Shown here: positions 14,044 to 32,100 of the stretch, piece by piece
Layout: every line of letters begins with the position of its first letter
Position numbering within the stretch: the stretch's first letter is position 1
From: Bugula neritina
Lineage: Eukaryota; Animalia; Bryozoa
NCBI GenBank assembly: GCA_964035545.1
Contig: OZ037773.1
Location: forward strand, 9,267,751-9,331,750
DNA length: 64,000 bases
Reading direction: 5' to 3'
Notes under the pieces: generated by a model
The model's database searches: none
What the model was told of the DNA's origin: nothing
The model's input: the letters and a program-made list of their open reading frames with translations, nothing else
Translations under genes and position numbers: made by a program

Positions 14044-15078
14044 ATGAATTATTCTACAGCAATTAAAGTTTTAACACTTCTGACACTAGTAGCCAGTGGC
14101 TGTTGCTCATTTACTGGCTGGTCTAACACATCAACATCAGACAGGAGCCGGCATTCTGAAGAGAGACATTTAACTAAAAGAGGGCTGCCCACTTTTCTAG
14201 GTAAGTGCTTTAAAGAGTTTACAAATTTTGGTAAACTTGCTACAGTTTATAATTGGGTTATTAGTTATTCAAGAAAAATCAAATGTATGAGCAAAAGTGA
14301 AAAAGAAAGTGACACTTAATGCAATAAAATGCTATATAGTTGAATCCTTCCTTATATATACTAGTTGTTCACAAATAGGGTGTTTGATATATTTTGCCAA
14401 TTTCATAAAATCTATTGTTTCTATAGCTTTTATATATAAAATAATTCAAAAGAATGCAAAGGACCATTTCATTTTTGTTGTTGAGGGATACTTTATTCAT
14501 CTATATATATAATATATATATAGCATTATATCATATATATGTAGGCACTATTCAGACACTTCTTCAAATTGGTGATACTGTAAATGAGGTTATACAGTTT
14601 TTCGAAGGCTTAACTGACAAGTACAGGGCTACCGCTAAGATAGAAATAGAGAACTACTACAAAGAAACGCTCTATCACCCTAAACTATGGACAGATAAAG
14701 GAATTAGTGAGACATACCCAAACCATGTGCACACTGGCTTTAAAGAAGCTTTGGAAGTTCACGGAAAAGAAGATGGAAAAGGAATTGAGCTGCTCCTTAA
14801 ATTTGAACTCAAAGTCGATTACCATCAAATTGATGTGTACATATTTGCAAGAGTACAGCAAAAAGTTCTTTGGAGAAAAGAGAATCGATTTGGTATTGGA
14901 TTTGTAAAGACCAGATCAGATTCAGAGGGTATGAGCGCTCAGCAGTCTTAATGCTTCCTGTTTATTCAAAATGAAAATAAAAAATCTTTGAATACACCTT
15001 AATGTATGCATAAACATGAATTCTAAAAAAAGTAGACTAACTTTGTGACTATAGTGGAAATTGTTATAAATTGCTGCT

Positions 15079-15141
<63 letters not shown>

Positions 15142-15577
15142 AGCGTTCAATAAATTGATTTGATCAAAAACTTTTTACTTGGGCAACGCTTTTGATAAAA
15201 TCTTATATAAGTTCTTTTTGTTGTACTAGAAATATAATTTTGAGTCTATACATAGCGATAGGATTATACAAATATATGCATATTTTATACCAGGTTATGC
15301 TAATGCAGAAAAGATGGATTTCATGGAGACTCAAGACTTTGGCTCAGAATCTCACATCATCACTCACTGCTACAGAAAGCTTGTCTGTGTTTCCGGGACC
15401 TTCTCTGCGGGCAATCATGCTGAGGGTCTGATCAGAGTTCTCCCTGTTAATGTTAATGACTTAGCAGAAGGTAAAATTCATGACTCGTCAGCAGACCGAC
15501 AAGAAGAACTTGATGAAGAGCTCAAGTATGGTACGGACCGTACACAGATAGCAGACCGACTATATTTTGAAAATTAA
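14044..15577 (+). CDS. Secreted actinoporin-like pore-forming protein, copy 2, ~274 aa, no hydrophobic tail
   Basis: Exons 14044-14200, 14545-14928 (384 nt, same as copy 1), 15294-15577. Signal peptide, propeptide ending RHLTKR, mature N-terminus GLPTFLGTIQTLLQIGDTVNEVIQFFEGL. Clear paralog of copy 1 with identical intron positions and phases. Confidence 0.75.
15080..15140. repeat. (GCTGTT)n hexanucleotide repeat, intronic
   Basis: Direct observation. Confidence 0.9.
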
Positions 15578-16831
15578 GACAATGATAATGAAATTTGTTT
15601 ATGTGAGCACAAAGTATGATAATAATATTATTGTTAAACATACATATACATTATTATCATGTGTTAATTATATGATAATGCTATTTAGATCAAAGATAAT
15701 ATATATATATATATATACAAAAGGCTTGTTTAAAAGTACCTTTCTTTCCAATCTTGGGATATTATACTATATATATACATATTATGTTAAGGATTTAATA
15801 AACAGTGTCATCGATGTAGATATGCACTATATTTAACCAATAAATCGACCTTTTGACATACATACTTCATTTATGCATTTTTAAAATATTCATATTCCTC
15901 TTAGCTATTATATATACATATATACAGACCATTTAAGGATTGTAATATGCTCAAACAACTTTTGTTTTCTAATAAAATGTGTGCAATGCTAACATGTTCA
16001 GAATTATTTTGAAATTTCTGATCGCTTGCTGAGGACGTCTAATCTGAAGTTAGCATGGTATTATGAAACTAATATAGCAGTTATTGCTGAATTTCATAGC
16101 GTGCTGTGCTTGCTCCAACACACAGCTATAATATCACAGAGTTGGCTAGAATGTTCAAAGTTTAAACTTTTGGCAACTAAATAACATAGTAAAGAAATCA
16201 ACAACTGCAAAGTATAAGATAAATTATAAAAGCATAGCTCTACATTAAAATTTTACACAAGAAACTTTTAAAGCTGGCTATAATATAAGACCCCTTTAAA
16301 TTTTTCGAAAACATGCACTATGTACTAAAATAAATGTTATTCTCATGGCTAGAGAAAGTAATAAATGAAAGCATATCTACATTGACAATGTAAGCGAAAT
16401 TAATTGAAGCCTTCTCTAATAAAAACCTCAAACCTCAACTTTTAATATGCAAAATTACTCATATATAAGTACACTATTGAAACTATACTGATAAACTTCC
16501 ACAAATTTATCACAATTTTTGTTTGGAATATTATACAATTCAAACATTAGATATTTTGACATAGAAAAACCATTATACTATTTATTTATGTAATCTTCAA
16601 GGTAATATTATTTACCTAATTTGTTTTATCATATAACTGTTATAAAATACCTTTCACCCTTCACCTCGTGTCATGTATGCAGTTTCATGTGATGTTCTAA
16701 CTATAACTTTTGAATCTCATTTAAACTTCTAAGATGGTGGCATGCAGTGGTTTACAAAATATAGGGTTACTTTTTAATCAGATAAATAAAGCAGTAAATA
16801 AAAACTGTTTATTGTCTATTTTTTAATATAT

Positions 16832-17400
<569 letters not shown>

Positions 17401-20400
17401 TTATAATTTTTGAAACATCGATTACTGTAGTAAATTAAATATTGCAATGTAATGATGGTAAATGTGACTTGCAATAATAAGGAGGTTTCGAGGCTAAGCT
17501 ATTTGTGTTAATGGATTTTTTAAAGACTATAATAATTATTATACTAAGTAAATTTTATTATAACCTTTGACATATAAGTTGTATAGCAAGTATGTATTTT
17601 ATTAATTGTGGTTATTATTCTTCCGCATATAGCTATAATAGCTGTGTGAATAGTATACTTTCAAATGTTTTATACATTGAAAGCAACAATACTTCATATA
17701 TGATATGACAAATTTAGCTTGTATTCAGCTTTGCAAAAGCAATTTGAAATTTTATGATAATGATATGTGGTCACGAGTATTGGAAAACCACTGATGGATT
17801 TTCTCTTTAATTTTACCATGACTCATGACACTTATGTATATATGTTGTCATGTGATATACACACGATCGTATTCTCTGTATGACTATACATAACCTCTAA
17901 GGCTAAGTGTTTTGTAAATATTGCCATTAACACGTTCTTTAAACATACATCCAACATTTTGTTGGGGGAAATTGGAGAATGGAAATTTTGTAGTTGAGAT
18001 TTCTTAGTAACTTAATCAATAAATCATTTGGACACAAAAGAGTTTTTTTAAATTGCAATATCGATTACATCTATATTCACAAAGAGAGGACCATATGTTG
18101 CATAGCTATAGATAATATTATACACATGGTTTGCCTTTTTCAAAAACCAAATTGAAACGGTGCTTCATGATAATTCACACTATAAAAACTATTTTTATAA
18201 TTTCTCTGTCTCCTGTAATGCAGCTGCAAGTCACATGTATTAATTCTTTTATAGCACTAAAATCAGAAAGGATATGAAAATATGACTCAGTAATATTATA
18301 TTAATATATTTATTTATATAATATGACTGAAATATATTATAAACATTAGACATATATATATAAGCAAGTTATTCTTTATTAATGTTGTTTAAATTGCACA
18401 TTTCTTATATATGCTGTGTTATTGCATGCATTGCAATATCTTTTAGAACATCTGTGTGTTCAAATCTAGCATTATATGGGATATGGAAATTTATCTTTGG
18501 AATTTTTGAATTAGTCTTTCGTTAGTCTATAGCAAACAGAAGTACAAAAGAATCGTTGTTCAAAATTCTATTAATTAAATTCACGTGGCTTTATGGAATA
18601 CTCCGTGACGTCTGTCAGTTTGCTTAAAATAGACTGTTATATTTCAAGCTGTAGATAGTTCCATGCACATGATCTGGTTATATAAGGAATTAGTTTGCAG
18701 CATAAGCTTGCTTTAAACACCATAATTTTAGTGCCTACATATATAATATATGCGTATAGCAATGAAATTGTTATATATATACAACATAATAATTGTGATA
18801 TAGGCCACTATACGTGTAGTATGTAGTTATTATATCATTTAATAATTTTAATGAAGGATCTGCAGCTTACCACTGTAATTCCTTCTTGTATATTTATAAT
18901 ATAATATTATAATATGTATATAGGCTATTAATGTAATATATAATACATTATAAAGTTAAATATGGACCCATGTGCAGGAAATAAGAATATATGTTCAGCT
19001 AGCAAGCAGCTTGGCAACCAACATGTTCAAATTCCACATGGAAACCAAGAAGCTAAATAGCCAATATAAAAATATATAGTCTTAAATAAATTACATGTTG
19101 ATGGAGACTAGCAGTCAACTGGTATTTGTATGGTTTATTATAGACGTTTTAATGTGCAACATATTGGTACATATTGAACAATATTTATATTCCAATAATA
19201 AATATTGGTTCAATATTTCAATATTGGTTCAAATTATTCAATAATAATAGGTTTTAAAAGTTAATAGGTTAACTGGTTTTAATTTCCTGTATAAGTATTA
19301 TAGAATTGAAGGCATATGTTGCATGGAGATATATCTTAGACACCGTCTCAGCTCTATTACATCCATTTGTACCTGTATCATAAGAGAGGCTGCAGTCAAG
19401 GAAATCACTATTTTTGCAATTAACTTACAGTGCAAAATTTATATACTTCATTTTCAGCATCTGAGTTGAACTCATCAATATGAATAGAATATGATGTCAA
19501 TGCAACATACAATAAAATATTTGGCACATGCATTAAGGTAATGGCATTATCACCTTAGTATATGGGTGTATAAAGTACTATAATTATTGCATCATGCTGA
19601 CTGCTTAGACTAGAATTTTGCCACGTGGCACATGTACCTATGACACCTTGGTTTTTCCATTTCCCTAGTGCCATATATCGATATGTTGTAATCAAATTGA
19701 AATTGAAATATATAACTTTAGGTTTTAATTCATTAGTTATTATAATAGATGTTATATATTATATATATAATGTGTTTTGACTGGTATTTGAATATAATAG
19801 TGTGATGAACTCGTGAGTCTATTATATATTTTGAAAGGCTGAAGACAGTATAGTACCTATACAATTATAGGTGTGTGTGGCTTTTCAATTCCTATTCATC
19901 GTTTGCATGTGAATTAGTAGCAAGATTTTGAGATAATAGCATTGAATGCTATACACTTATAGAAATTTTTTATCATATAATATGCTATAATTCTCTAGAT
20001 CTGCATGTATTATTGATTCACCATATGTAGTTGAACAAATTGCAAAAATTAGAGCAAATTAACTTTCTCCAATCATCTGACCCGATATAATAACCTGCTT
20101 ACCAATATCTCAGCTATAATTAGTATAATTATTATTTAATATGAAGAACAGATAATTCCTAAAGATATTGCATGACATTGCTTTAATATGATTTACTTGA
20201 CATCAAAATAATATTATGTAATTTTACTTGTCCAACGCTCTGAGCTACATCAGCATATGCTTATAAGCTGTCTTTAAGTTACAACACGTGTTTTAGGAGC
20301 AGTCTACATGTATAATAGACTAAACTAAACAAGGAATCATCATAATATTAGTGATAGCTCCAAGGAAAATAATATTATCTTTATTTCTCCTGATATTTTT

Positions 20401-20670
20401 AGCTTTTACCGGAAAAAGGTGTTTTTAATGCAAAAACTGTCCCTTGACTATATAAATTTTGAAGTTTGAATAAATTGAATATAATTATTATATTTTATTC
20501 GAACAAAATTGTATAAAATGCTAGTATTTATACAAACTGTAAAGACCAAAACTTTTGTTTATAATAAGACATTTAATTAGAAAATATTACTTAGAAAACC
20601 AGTCATAATATATAGAGATAATATTATAAAAATAATGAGTAAGTTTAGTACAAAATATTACAACCGGTTA

Positions 20671-22949
20671 TTATTTAAAGCCACAGAATGAAATCGGGGA
20701 CTGATACCAGATAAGATCTTCTAAATCACATTGCTCTTCATACGAGACATTGGCCAGTCGTCTTCTCTTGGACATGGTAGGACATGGAGAACATAACTCC
20801 AAGTTGTCAAAAGACTCGTCCATAGGGTTGACTCCAGAGATATTTAGCAGAGTATTGTCAGACACACAAACACTTGTGTTCACAGCTTCAGGGTTAGTGA
20901 GGTTGATGTAGTAAATTGAACCTCTTTTCGGTAGAGTGTACCTGGCTTGCGGAATAAACCAGGCTATATCGCTGTTGCGATTAGCCAGTAATAGAACAAA
21001 CAACTTCTGTATGCCGTATGTGAAACCTGGACGGCTGAAGGACTCGATAAAGTCACTGGTTACTAATTTCCGAAACAAAATCTTTTTGACGTCACACGAT
21101 ACATCTTTGCCTACAAAAATCAAACACTATTCATCATACAAAATAAGCATCAAAGACAAACTTTTGGCTGTTATTGTGGGATGACTGTATAATAAAGATG
21201 TTTGAAGATTTAAACACAGCTCTCAAAATAAAGTAACTCAAAAACACGATACAAATTCTTGACTATAACTCAGTTTCCACTAAAACTACGAATCTACATT
21301 GAGAGTATCATGCAGCTTCTAATATGGGAAAATCTGAAAAAACTTTTAGTTAAAGTTGTGAGTTCAATATTTCCTCTAAATTTGAATAACAAAGCGTTAT
21401 CAGAAAACCCAAGCAAATCAACTAGTCACACTAACTGAGTCAGTATTAGCTTCTGTCACTGACTCACCGAGTCTCACTCACTGATTCAGTACTAGCTTCT
21501 GTCACTGACTCACTCAGTCTCACTCCATGAGTCAGTACTAGTTTCTATCACAGACTGACTCAGTCACACTCACCGAGTCAGTACCAGTTTCTATCACAGA
21601 CTGACTCAGTCACATTCAAAGTCAGAGAACCAGTGACTTACCCTCCATGTGATTCTGAGGAAAGGAAATTACAAAAGTCTCTTTAGGGTTGACAAGGGAA
21701 GAGCCGAGGCTGAATGCCAGTTTATGTACAGGAAATGTAGAATGTTCAAAGGCTATCCTCAGATGATCAAACACCAGTTTGGCGCTCTCTATAGATTTTA
21801 TTTTCCTACGAGTAGATACTAGTGAGGGTCTGCAAACAAGGCTAGACGAAATCTACAATAAATATTGATAACAGTTCGACATGTTAATGTGCACATGGAC
21901 TGTTTTGAAGCTTGTTTCTTAAATAAAGAAAAATAATAGCCATAAAAAAATTAACAAACTTCACGGGAGTTGATTAACTTTATATGATTTTATAGACCTA
22001 GACGTTCACAAACTTTTAGCTAGAGCTCAAGACCAGTTTATTTTTGTTAATTGTTTAACAATTCAGCAGACATACATAGCTAGTGCATTACGTATATCAT
22101 ATGAATTATGTAAGTAATTCGCAAGTTTCATGGCCTTTAATTAACTTGGGTATCAACAAGACATTCTCTGTGATCAGAGAGTTAACGAAAGTTGAAGAAA
22201 ATTTTGATAATAAATTTCTTTAAGATGCTAGAGCTTTTCTTAGATTTGTCATTATGGCAAAAAAAGTCAAAACAGATAAAAATGGACATTGGACATGTCT
22301 GATTTTCAAATATAGCATCAATATGCGGTGAAAATAGAAAGTCAGAAGGGGTAACATAAGTCTTAATAACTGTAAATAATCCCAACTTAAAGAGAACTCA
22401 TACTATTAGTGAAAAAAAACTAACTTTTTTAAGATTTAGGGGCTGCAGGCAACGATCTTCACACTGTAGCCCTTCATCCTGTTGCCAATTATTATTGCTA
22501 CTACAAGAATTTGATTGAAACCTCGAGTGTGACTGTGAGTGAATGTTTGTCCCACAGTTTTGAGTAGTTATGAGCGCATCAGACTCAGTATGGTGATGGC
22601 TTGAAGATGGTAGACCGGGACTCGAATTGGCACCGTCGTTATCATTATAATAATAATTATTACTTTTTATGTGATTTATGTTCTGGCTATTTTGTTCAAA
22701 ATTAGCTTTTAACTGTTTCTCTGTTATGACATGTTGATTTGCCGTTGACTTTGAAATCAGGGATTCGTAAGATTGTGGGATTTGATCTCTTTGCAGTAGC
22801 ACATAATTAATCAAATCGACAGAAACACTGAAGCAAGTTTTTCGACAAACTAAGCCAGCCAAATCAATATTGCAATGCGATGTATGCTGAAGGTTCTTAC
22901 GTCTATTATTACTGCCAAAATCTAGTGATTTTAATTCTTTCGAGCACAT
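20671..22949 (-). CDS. MAD2L1BP: MAD2L1-binding protein (p31comet), ~391 aa, 3 coding exons
   Basis: Exons 22949-22425, 21852-21642, 21110-20671 with GT-AG sites and compatible phases. Motifs LINYVLLQRDQIPQSYESL, LGSSLVNPKETFVI, KILFRKL and C-terminal LIWYQSPISFCGFK match p31comet hallmarks (YQRQQLPxPYEQL, PKExY, IWFQAPxxxKGF). Confidence 0.88.
21425..21620. repeat. Imperfect intronic minisatellite rich in gagtcagta/tgactca
   Basis: Roughly 4 imperfect copies of gagtcagtactag(c/t)ttct(g/a)tcac..tgactca. Confidence 0.75.
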
Positions 22950-23299
22950 TTCAAAGCAAAAAATTCACTTCGAAACGCCAAGACAAGCAAATAATAACCC
23001 CACTCTCACTCTAAAGTCAGTCTACTCTACTTCTAGTAACTGATATTTAAAACTTTTTGTAATAAATGAATAAAATTTAATCGCTTACCTACGCCTTAAG
23101 TGCAAGTTCATACTATTCTGCAACTCTGTTAAGGAGCCCATCAAAAACTCTCTAGGAAAAACGTTGAATCAATGAGCTAAGGCTGTGTGTGCTCTTGTAA
23201 TACAAAATCCTAGGTAGCTGTAACCATACAATGTTATTTGTATTGAAAGTTGGTGTTAAAAATAGAAACCTTACTGTGTTCTATTTTTAGAACAAGCAG

Positions 23300-23620
23300 T
23301 CCTGCTATTGCGTAAAAGTGCATCCGCCAAAACAACAAACCTTACGTAAACCATAATCTATGTAAATTTTAATAGCTTTATTTACAAAATTTTATATTTG
23401 TTATAAAATATCATGCAATAGAATTTTATAATATTTGTTTTTACCTTATCTAACATCTGCTAACTTTAGCTTTTCTAACAGCTCAACGATATTACTTCAA
23501 CGGAGGGCATTCCCTGTTCCAGTGTTTGACGTAGCCAACTAGCTGATTATTGTGCAATCAGGTTGTGTAGTGAATAAGCCTGTATTGCTTACATTGCAGT
23601 CGAAGAATATTGCAACATTG
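23300..23620. promoter_or_regulatory. Cluster of C/EBP-type and CRE-like sites between the divergent p31comet and C/EBP genes
   Basis: ATTGCGTAA (23307), TTACGTAA (23342), TGACGTA (23527) and ATTGTGCAAT (23549), plus weaker ATTGC half-sites nearby. Confidence 0.45.
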
Positions 23621-24496
23621 GGGAAACCTTTCGTTATCAATACAGCTTTAAATCATAGTCAGCCGAATTTTTAATTTAATTTGCATGTTTCTTCTCAAGT
23701 TAAACCGTTGAGCAATAGTTTCAAACAGTACCTGTACTACTACTAGTACTGCTACTGTTAGTATTACTATTAAACTTATACAGTTATAGTTATAGTAGTA
23801 GTAGAAGTACTAGTACTAGTACTAGTAGAGTAGTACAGTGCTAGTAGTAGTTGTTCATGTTGTACTCAGTACTGAGTACCTATACTGTGACTAAAAGCAA
23901 GAACTAAAAGTAACTCACAGTCATTTTCATTTTGACTTAGTCTTACTCTTAGTTGTACAGTTACTGTTAGACTATACTTGTATTAGTATTAGTATTACTA
24001 CTATTACTATTATATTAGTAAGGCTGTAAGTGTAAGTTAGTATTACTATTAGTATTAGCATTTTATTTACTATTTTTACTACTACTACTACTACTACTGC
24101 TAGTATAAGACAAAATATACGGCTATGAATAACAGAATAACTCAATAACCATAATATTAATATTATCTAATAAATATAATCATTATGATAATCATTTTCA
24201 AAAATTGCCTTGTAATTAAAATTATCACTATAATTATATTTATTTATTAATTCTGATTATCATTATGATATTGATTATCATTATGGTTATGATAATGATA
24301 CTGGTAGTTCATAGTTATAATATTACTTATACTTATAGTCATGTGCATAATGATACTGGTGATCATAGTGGTATAAACTAAAATCGTTTATACGTATAAT
24401 ATAATGATAATAATAATAGTGGTGGCAATTAATAAATGTTACTGTAACATTAGGCAATCATGCAGTATAATAAATCTTGAGTTGATTCTGTTAGTC

Positions 24497-25460
24497 TTAC
24501 ACTTGCTGTACTTGGTGTACAGGTGTAAGGTCTAAAGTTACGCCAAGTGTTTCAACAGCTTTCAAGTTGATACAGTTTATCCTAGCTTCAGTCACAGTTT
24601 TGAACTGAATATCTCTGGTCTTTCTTTTGTGGCTAACTTTCATTGGGAAAGTCCAAGACTTTGACTTGGAATTGCTAGGAGAAGCATCAATGATGCCTAC
24701 AAATGAGCTGTTCACTTTTTTTCTGTTTGAGTTTTGCTATTGTGTACTTTTTCAAAGTGGTTTTTTCTTCCACGGCTATGGCATGTGTCACCATAAGCAG
24801 GATACCTGCCTTTGGCGTGAGTATAGCCACAAAACTTGCTGTCAATGCTGCTTTTGCGACTCTAGTAGTTTTAAAATTCTTTTGACAAGCATCAGAATCG
24901 TTTTGTACAATATTATTAGTTTTGTTTACACTACTCACTGTAATATCACCAGTGCTCATACTTGCCATCTGTTGTTTAGTTATTTCAGCTGCACGGATAT
25001 CATCTAGAGCTCTTTGTAGACTTAAGTTCTGTCAGCCTTCATCAGTGAACCCAAACAACAGTTCTGCATTGTAGCATTTGGTCTCTCAACTCACTAAATT
25101 CACATTTATTAGCCTGAGTTCTCAAATGCTTAACAAAAGTGTCAATGAATTCTCCATCCCTTTGACTAAGTGACCGATACACAGTGCACTCATACAACAT
25201 GTTACAATATGCTTCAAATTGCTTCAAAACATCAGCCTTGACATCTCTGCTTTTACCTGCTAGATATTCAAACTGGTCATAGAATTCTGCAGCTTCTTCA
25301 CCAGCTTAGTTCAGAAGTCTGTAACCTGCAGGAGATTCTTGGATATCTACTCAAAGTTATGAAACCAAATTAATTGCAAGTTAATAGTTTTCTAGTGCTT
25401 TTCTCCATTTCCTCCAATTGTGAGAGACGTTTCCTTCAAGTAAGAACTCTCAATGGGCTT
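24497..25460 (-). mobile_element. Decayed Ty3/Gypsy LTR-retrotransposon gag-protease remnant
   Basis: Minus strand reads QRDGEFIDTFVKHLRTQANKCEFSELRDQML (gag), a degenerate double zinc knuckle FCGYTH..GRYPAYGDTCHSRGRKNHF, and IQFKTVTEARINCI (decayed F-x-L-D-T-G-A protease motif). Stops and frameshifts throughout; no LTRs recognised. Confidence 0.8.
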
Positions 25461-26067
25461 TTAAACCTCACATATAATTCCAAGACAGACTAACACAGTC
25501 TACAACAACTATAGAGTTTTACTATTTCACAGTTTTATTAAAAAAAATTTTTCGTATGCTTAAAGTAATTAACTTTTTTTTAACTCATTAATCAAAATTG
25601 CTGTGATTATTGTAGCTATATTGACATTTGCAGTCACTTGTGATATTGTTTATAGTAAAACAGTTCCTTGGAATATGAAAATGTTGACATATCCATAATG
25701 AATGTCAATGTGAAGTAATATTCATATTGACAATAAGGAGTACCAATGAATTTCAATGCTGTGTACATAAGTACTGTGGTGATTATTTAATAACTTTTTT
25801 CTGATACTATCAATATGACTATTAGTTTGACTTTAATGGTTATAGTAGTAAAATAAATAAACTACCATTAATAACTCTGCTACTATTACTAAAACAGCAA
25901 CATCTACTACTACTGCTACTACTAGTAGTACTACTACTACTACTACTATTACTACTACTACTACTACTATTACTGCTACCTTATATGTTGCTGTATGTTC
26001 AGGTATATTGACGAAGATGTTGCACTAGTCAGTCACTATTACATCCTACGACTCTAAGAACTCTGTA

Positions 26068-29170
<3,103 letters not shown>

Positions 29171-32100
29171 TGTATGTTGTCGGGTGGTGACAGGAAGGCC
29201 TCTTTCTGTACCATACGCTGTTAGGGACGTAGGCTAGAGGCATGTGCTTGTATTGGCCAATGAGCGGAACGAACACAACTGTTTAGCCAATGAGCTTTTA
29301 GGACAGAAACTCTTGCCAATCATGGTAGATGTTCATTTCATCAGGATGCCGATGACCTTTGACATTAAATGACTTTTTGAGAATTTTTTCCAAGTGTTCA
29401 GCCTGAATGGCAAGTCACTGCCTACAAAACTCATTACAAATTATATTAGAAAGCAGCAGCTTGGTGCTGGGAATCCCTAGAATATTGTATTGTTTTGGTG
29501 GGGCAACTCCTATAGGTTTGCTATTGACTTATCCATATCTCAGAGTTTGTATTTTATTCAACTTTTTGCAATCAAGCATTGCTAACTGGAAGCTGGCTCA
29601 AAAATAGGATACAAAGTTTCTCTTCATTTCATAGAATTCTTCTTTCTGAATGGATATATTGTTTGTAGTTCGTTGTAGCTTTAACGAAATCTCTTTACAC
29701 TGTTTTACCATGGCCCTCAACTCTTTAATATTCTTTTAAAATTTTATTCTGCTTTTAAAAGTTGTGTTTGCAAAATCAAAGATTGAAACTTGTACTTACC
29801 TGTTTTTTATAATCTATTTTTTTCTGTATAAATGTGATTTTCAGATCATGGGGCAAGGTTTCATATTCGAGTGTCTCGCCCACTCATTGATTGTACTTTG
29901 AATTCTGTACTCATTTTCTCATTTATTAAGTGAAACTTTGAAAATGTTGTGTAATTTTGTACATACTCTGTTATACATTTGTACTGTTGGAATAGAAACA
30001 TTACCATGTGTAATGCTATAACACGTGCTATACACATCAGAAGAGAGTGTAAATTAAATATAATATTACACAGTTATATGTATAGTATGCAGTTGATTGT
30101 CAGTATATATGTTTTTACAATATGGTGTAGCTATTAGCTAAGCAGCATAATTCATCTATTTACTTGCAAAGTTGACAATATCTTAAGTATTAAGTAAATA
30201 TAATACAGTAGATACATACATTTATCCAACTTTTAATTTTGTGACTTAAACTCTACTGCAATGTTACAATTCCACTGATTCACTAATTATATGTATTACA
30301 TAATATATCATATTAATATATAAAAAAGGGCTTTCATCAAATTTTCTGGTGCAATGTGATTAATAATGATATTTTCCCATATTATCACACATTCAGCATT
30401 ATCTAATATTTCTGCATGCGTTTGAGCCTTGCATTGTCCACGTCTGGCCCCAAAATATAGTTGCAGAATTTGGCAATTAGATTGTAGATAAACAACAAGA
30501 TGAAAAATGCAAAGACGCCCAACAGTGGTAAACACACTAGCAGTGCATATTTAGTTCCAAGGGAAAGCATTTTATAATGCTGTAAGAGTTTTCTTCTCTT
30601 GTATATAAAGAATTATTCTTAATGTTCTGTTGAAGAGGTGATCTACGCTTTTTATCAGGGTACTGTGCTATATAGTGCCTGTACTCTACTTACATATGGA
30701 GTTGTCTCTTCTCTAACTGATTAATCTGGGCCCGTTGGCGTACAGCATCAGTCTACAATAATTTAGTTCAAGTTATTAAATCTTCGGGAATCTACTCCAA
30801 AAAATAGAGAATTTTTTACACAACAATCAGCTGCCTTATTTATGTTGTAAACTAGTAGTATAGTATATTGAGTAACTACAATATTCAATGACAGCATGCA
30901 TTTATCTTATATTTTATATTGAATAAATCTTACCTGTTTAACAAATAACAAGATATTATATATATGCTGGTATAGCTGATAGAGGTTTGGAATTTTGATT
31001 CAAATATACATTCGGAATAGCTGCATCGGTAAACATACTGGTAATTAAAACATTGTTAACACGAAGTAATATGGAGGCATAATATGGGACATTTTCAATT
31101 CGGTTATATAGGACAATTTCTGTGAAATACTTTTATATTAAACTTAGAAAAAAATAATGTATCTATATAAAATAGATAGTAATAACTATATCATAGGAAA
31201 ATCATACACAAACTAGTAAATGTGTTTATGTTTGCTGCATATGTGAAAATATAGCGTGCAACAGCATATTATATTATGATATCATGTTTTATAATAATAT
31301 AGTATTACATATACTGTAATATTATGGCTGCACCTGTAGATTGATGACATTTACATTTACATTTACATTGATTTCAGCTAACCATTCAAGCTAGATATGA
31401 ATGGAAGCATCTCAATTTGAAACTGTTTAATAATTCAACTTAAACATAATAGTTCAGAAGCCTAATATAATATCATTATTTCATATTTTGAAGTTGAAGG
31501 GGGCTCTATTTTCAGCATTTGCAGACTTATAAATTTCCAAAGCTAAGAGTAGATTCGGATTGAAAGTTTTCTGAAGCATTTTATAGCAAGCTAAGTTAAG
31601 CTTACCTTTGAAATTGCTGATGAATATATTATCAGCTATCAGGTAGTTATGATCTGTAAATTATATAATCAATCATTGAGAAATAATTCAATTAATTTCA
31701 TTTATGAAACAGTTGATATCAACAATGTGAAGCAGCTATAATATTTTAGTAAAGTAATTAATACTAAGCCAGGTATAGTAAAGCACATTGTTGTTAGCAA
31801 CTAACAATCAGCCTGATATAGCAGCTTGCAATATTATGAATTGATTGTTAAAAGAATATTCAAAATTATATGAGAGAAACTAATTGTCATAATAATTATT
31901 ATATTGTTATATATATAATGTATATGTTATGTAATTGCAGTTACTATAGAAATTGGAAAAGCAATGAGGAAAACATGAAAGAGCTTTTACTTTTTTGTGA
32001 GATTGTCAACCAATACTCTATAATGCATGCACCTAAAATTCTGCTTAGAAAGACAATTAAAAGATTCAAACTATAAGAATTTCTATGCTTTGCTGTACAC

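Noticed and set aside
10588-15577. Pore-forming proteins as gasdermin-like substrates of the ANK-caspases
   Set aside because: They have signal peptides and dibasic convertase sites, so they are in the secretory pathway, separated from cytosolic caspases.
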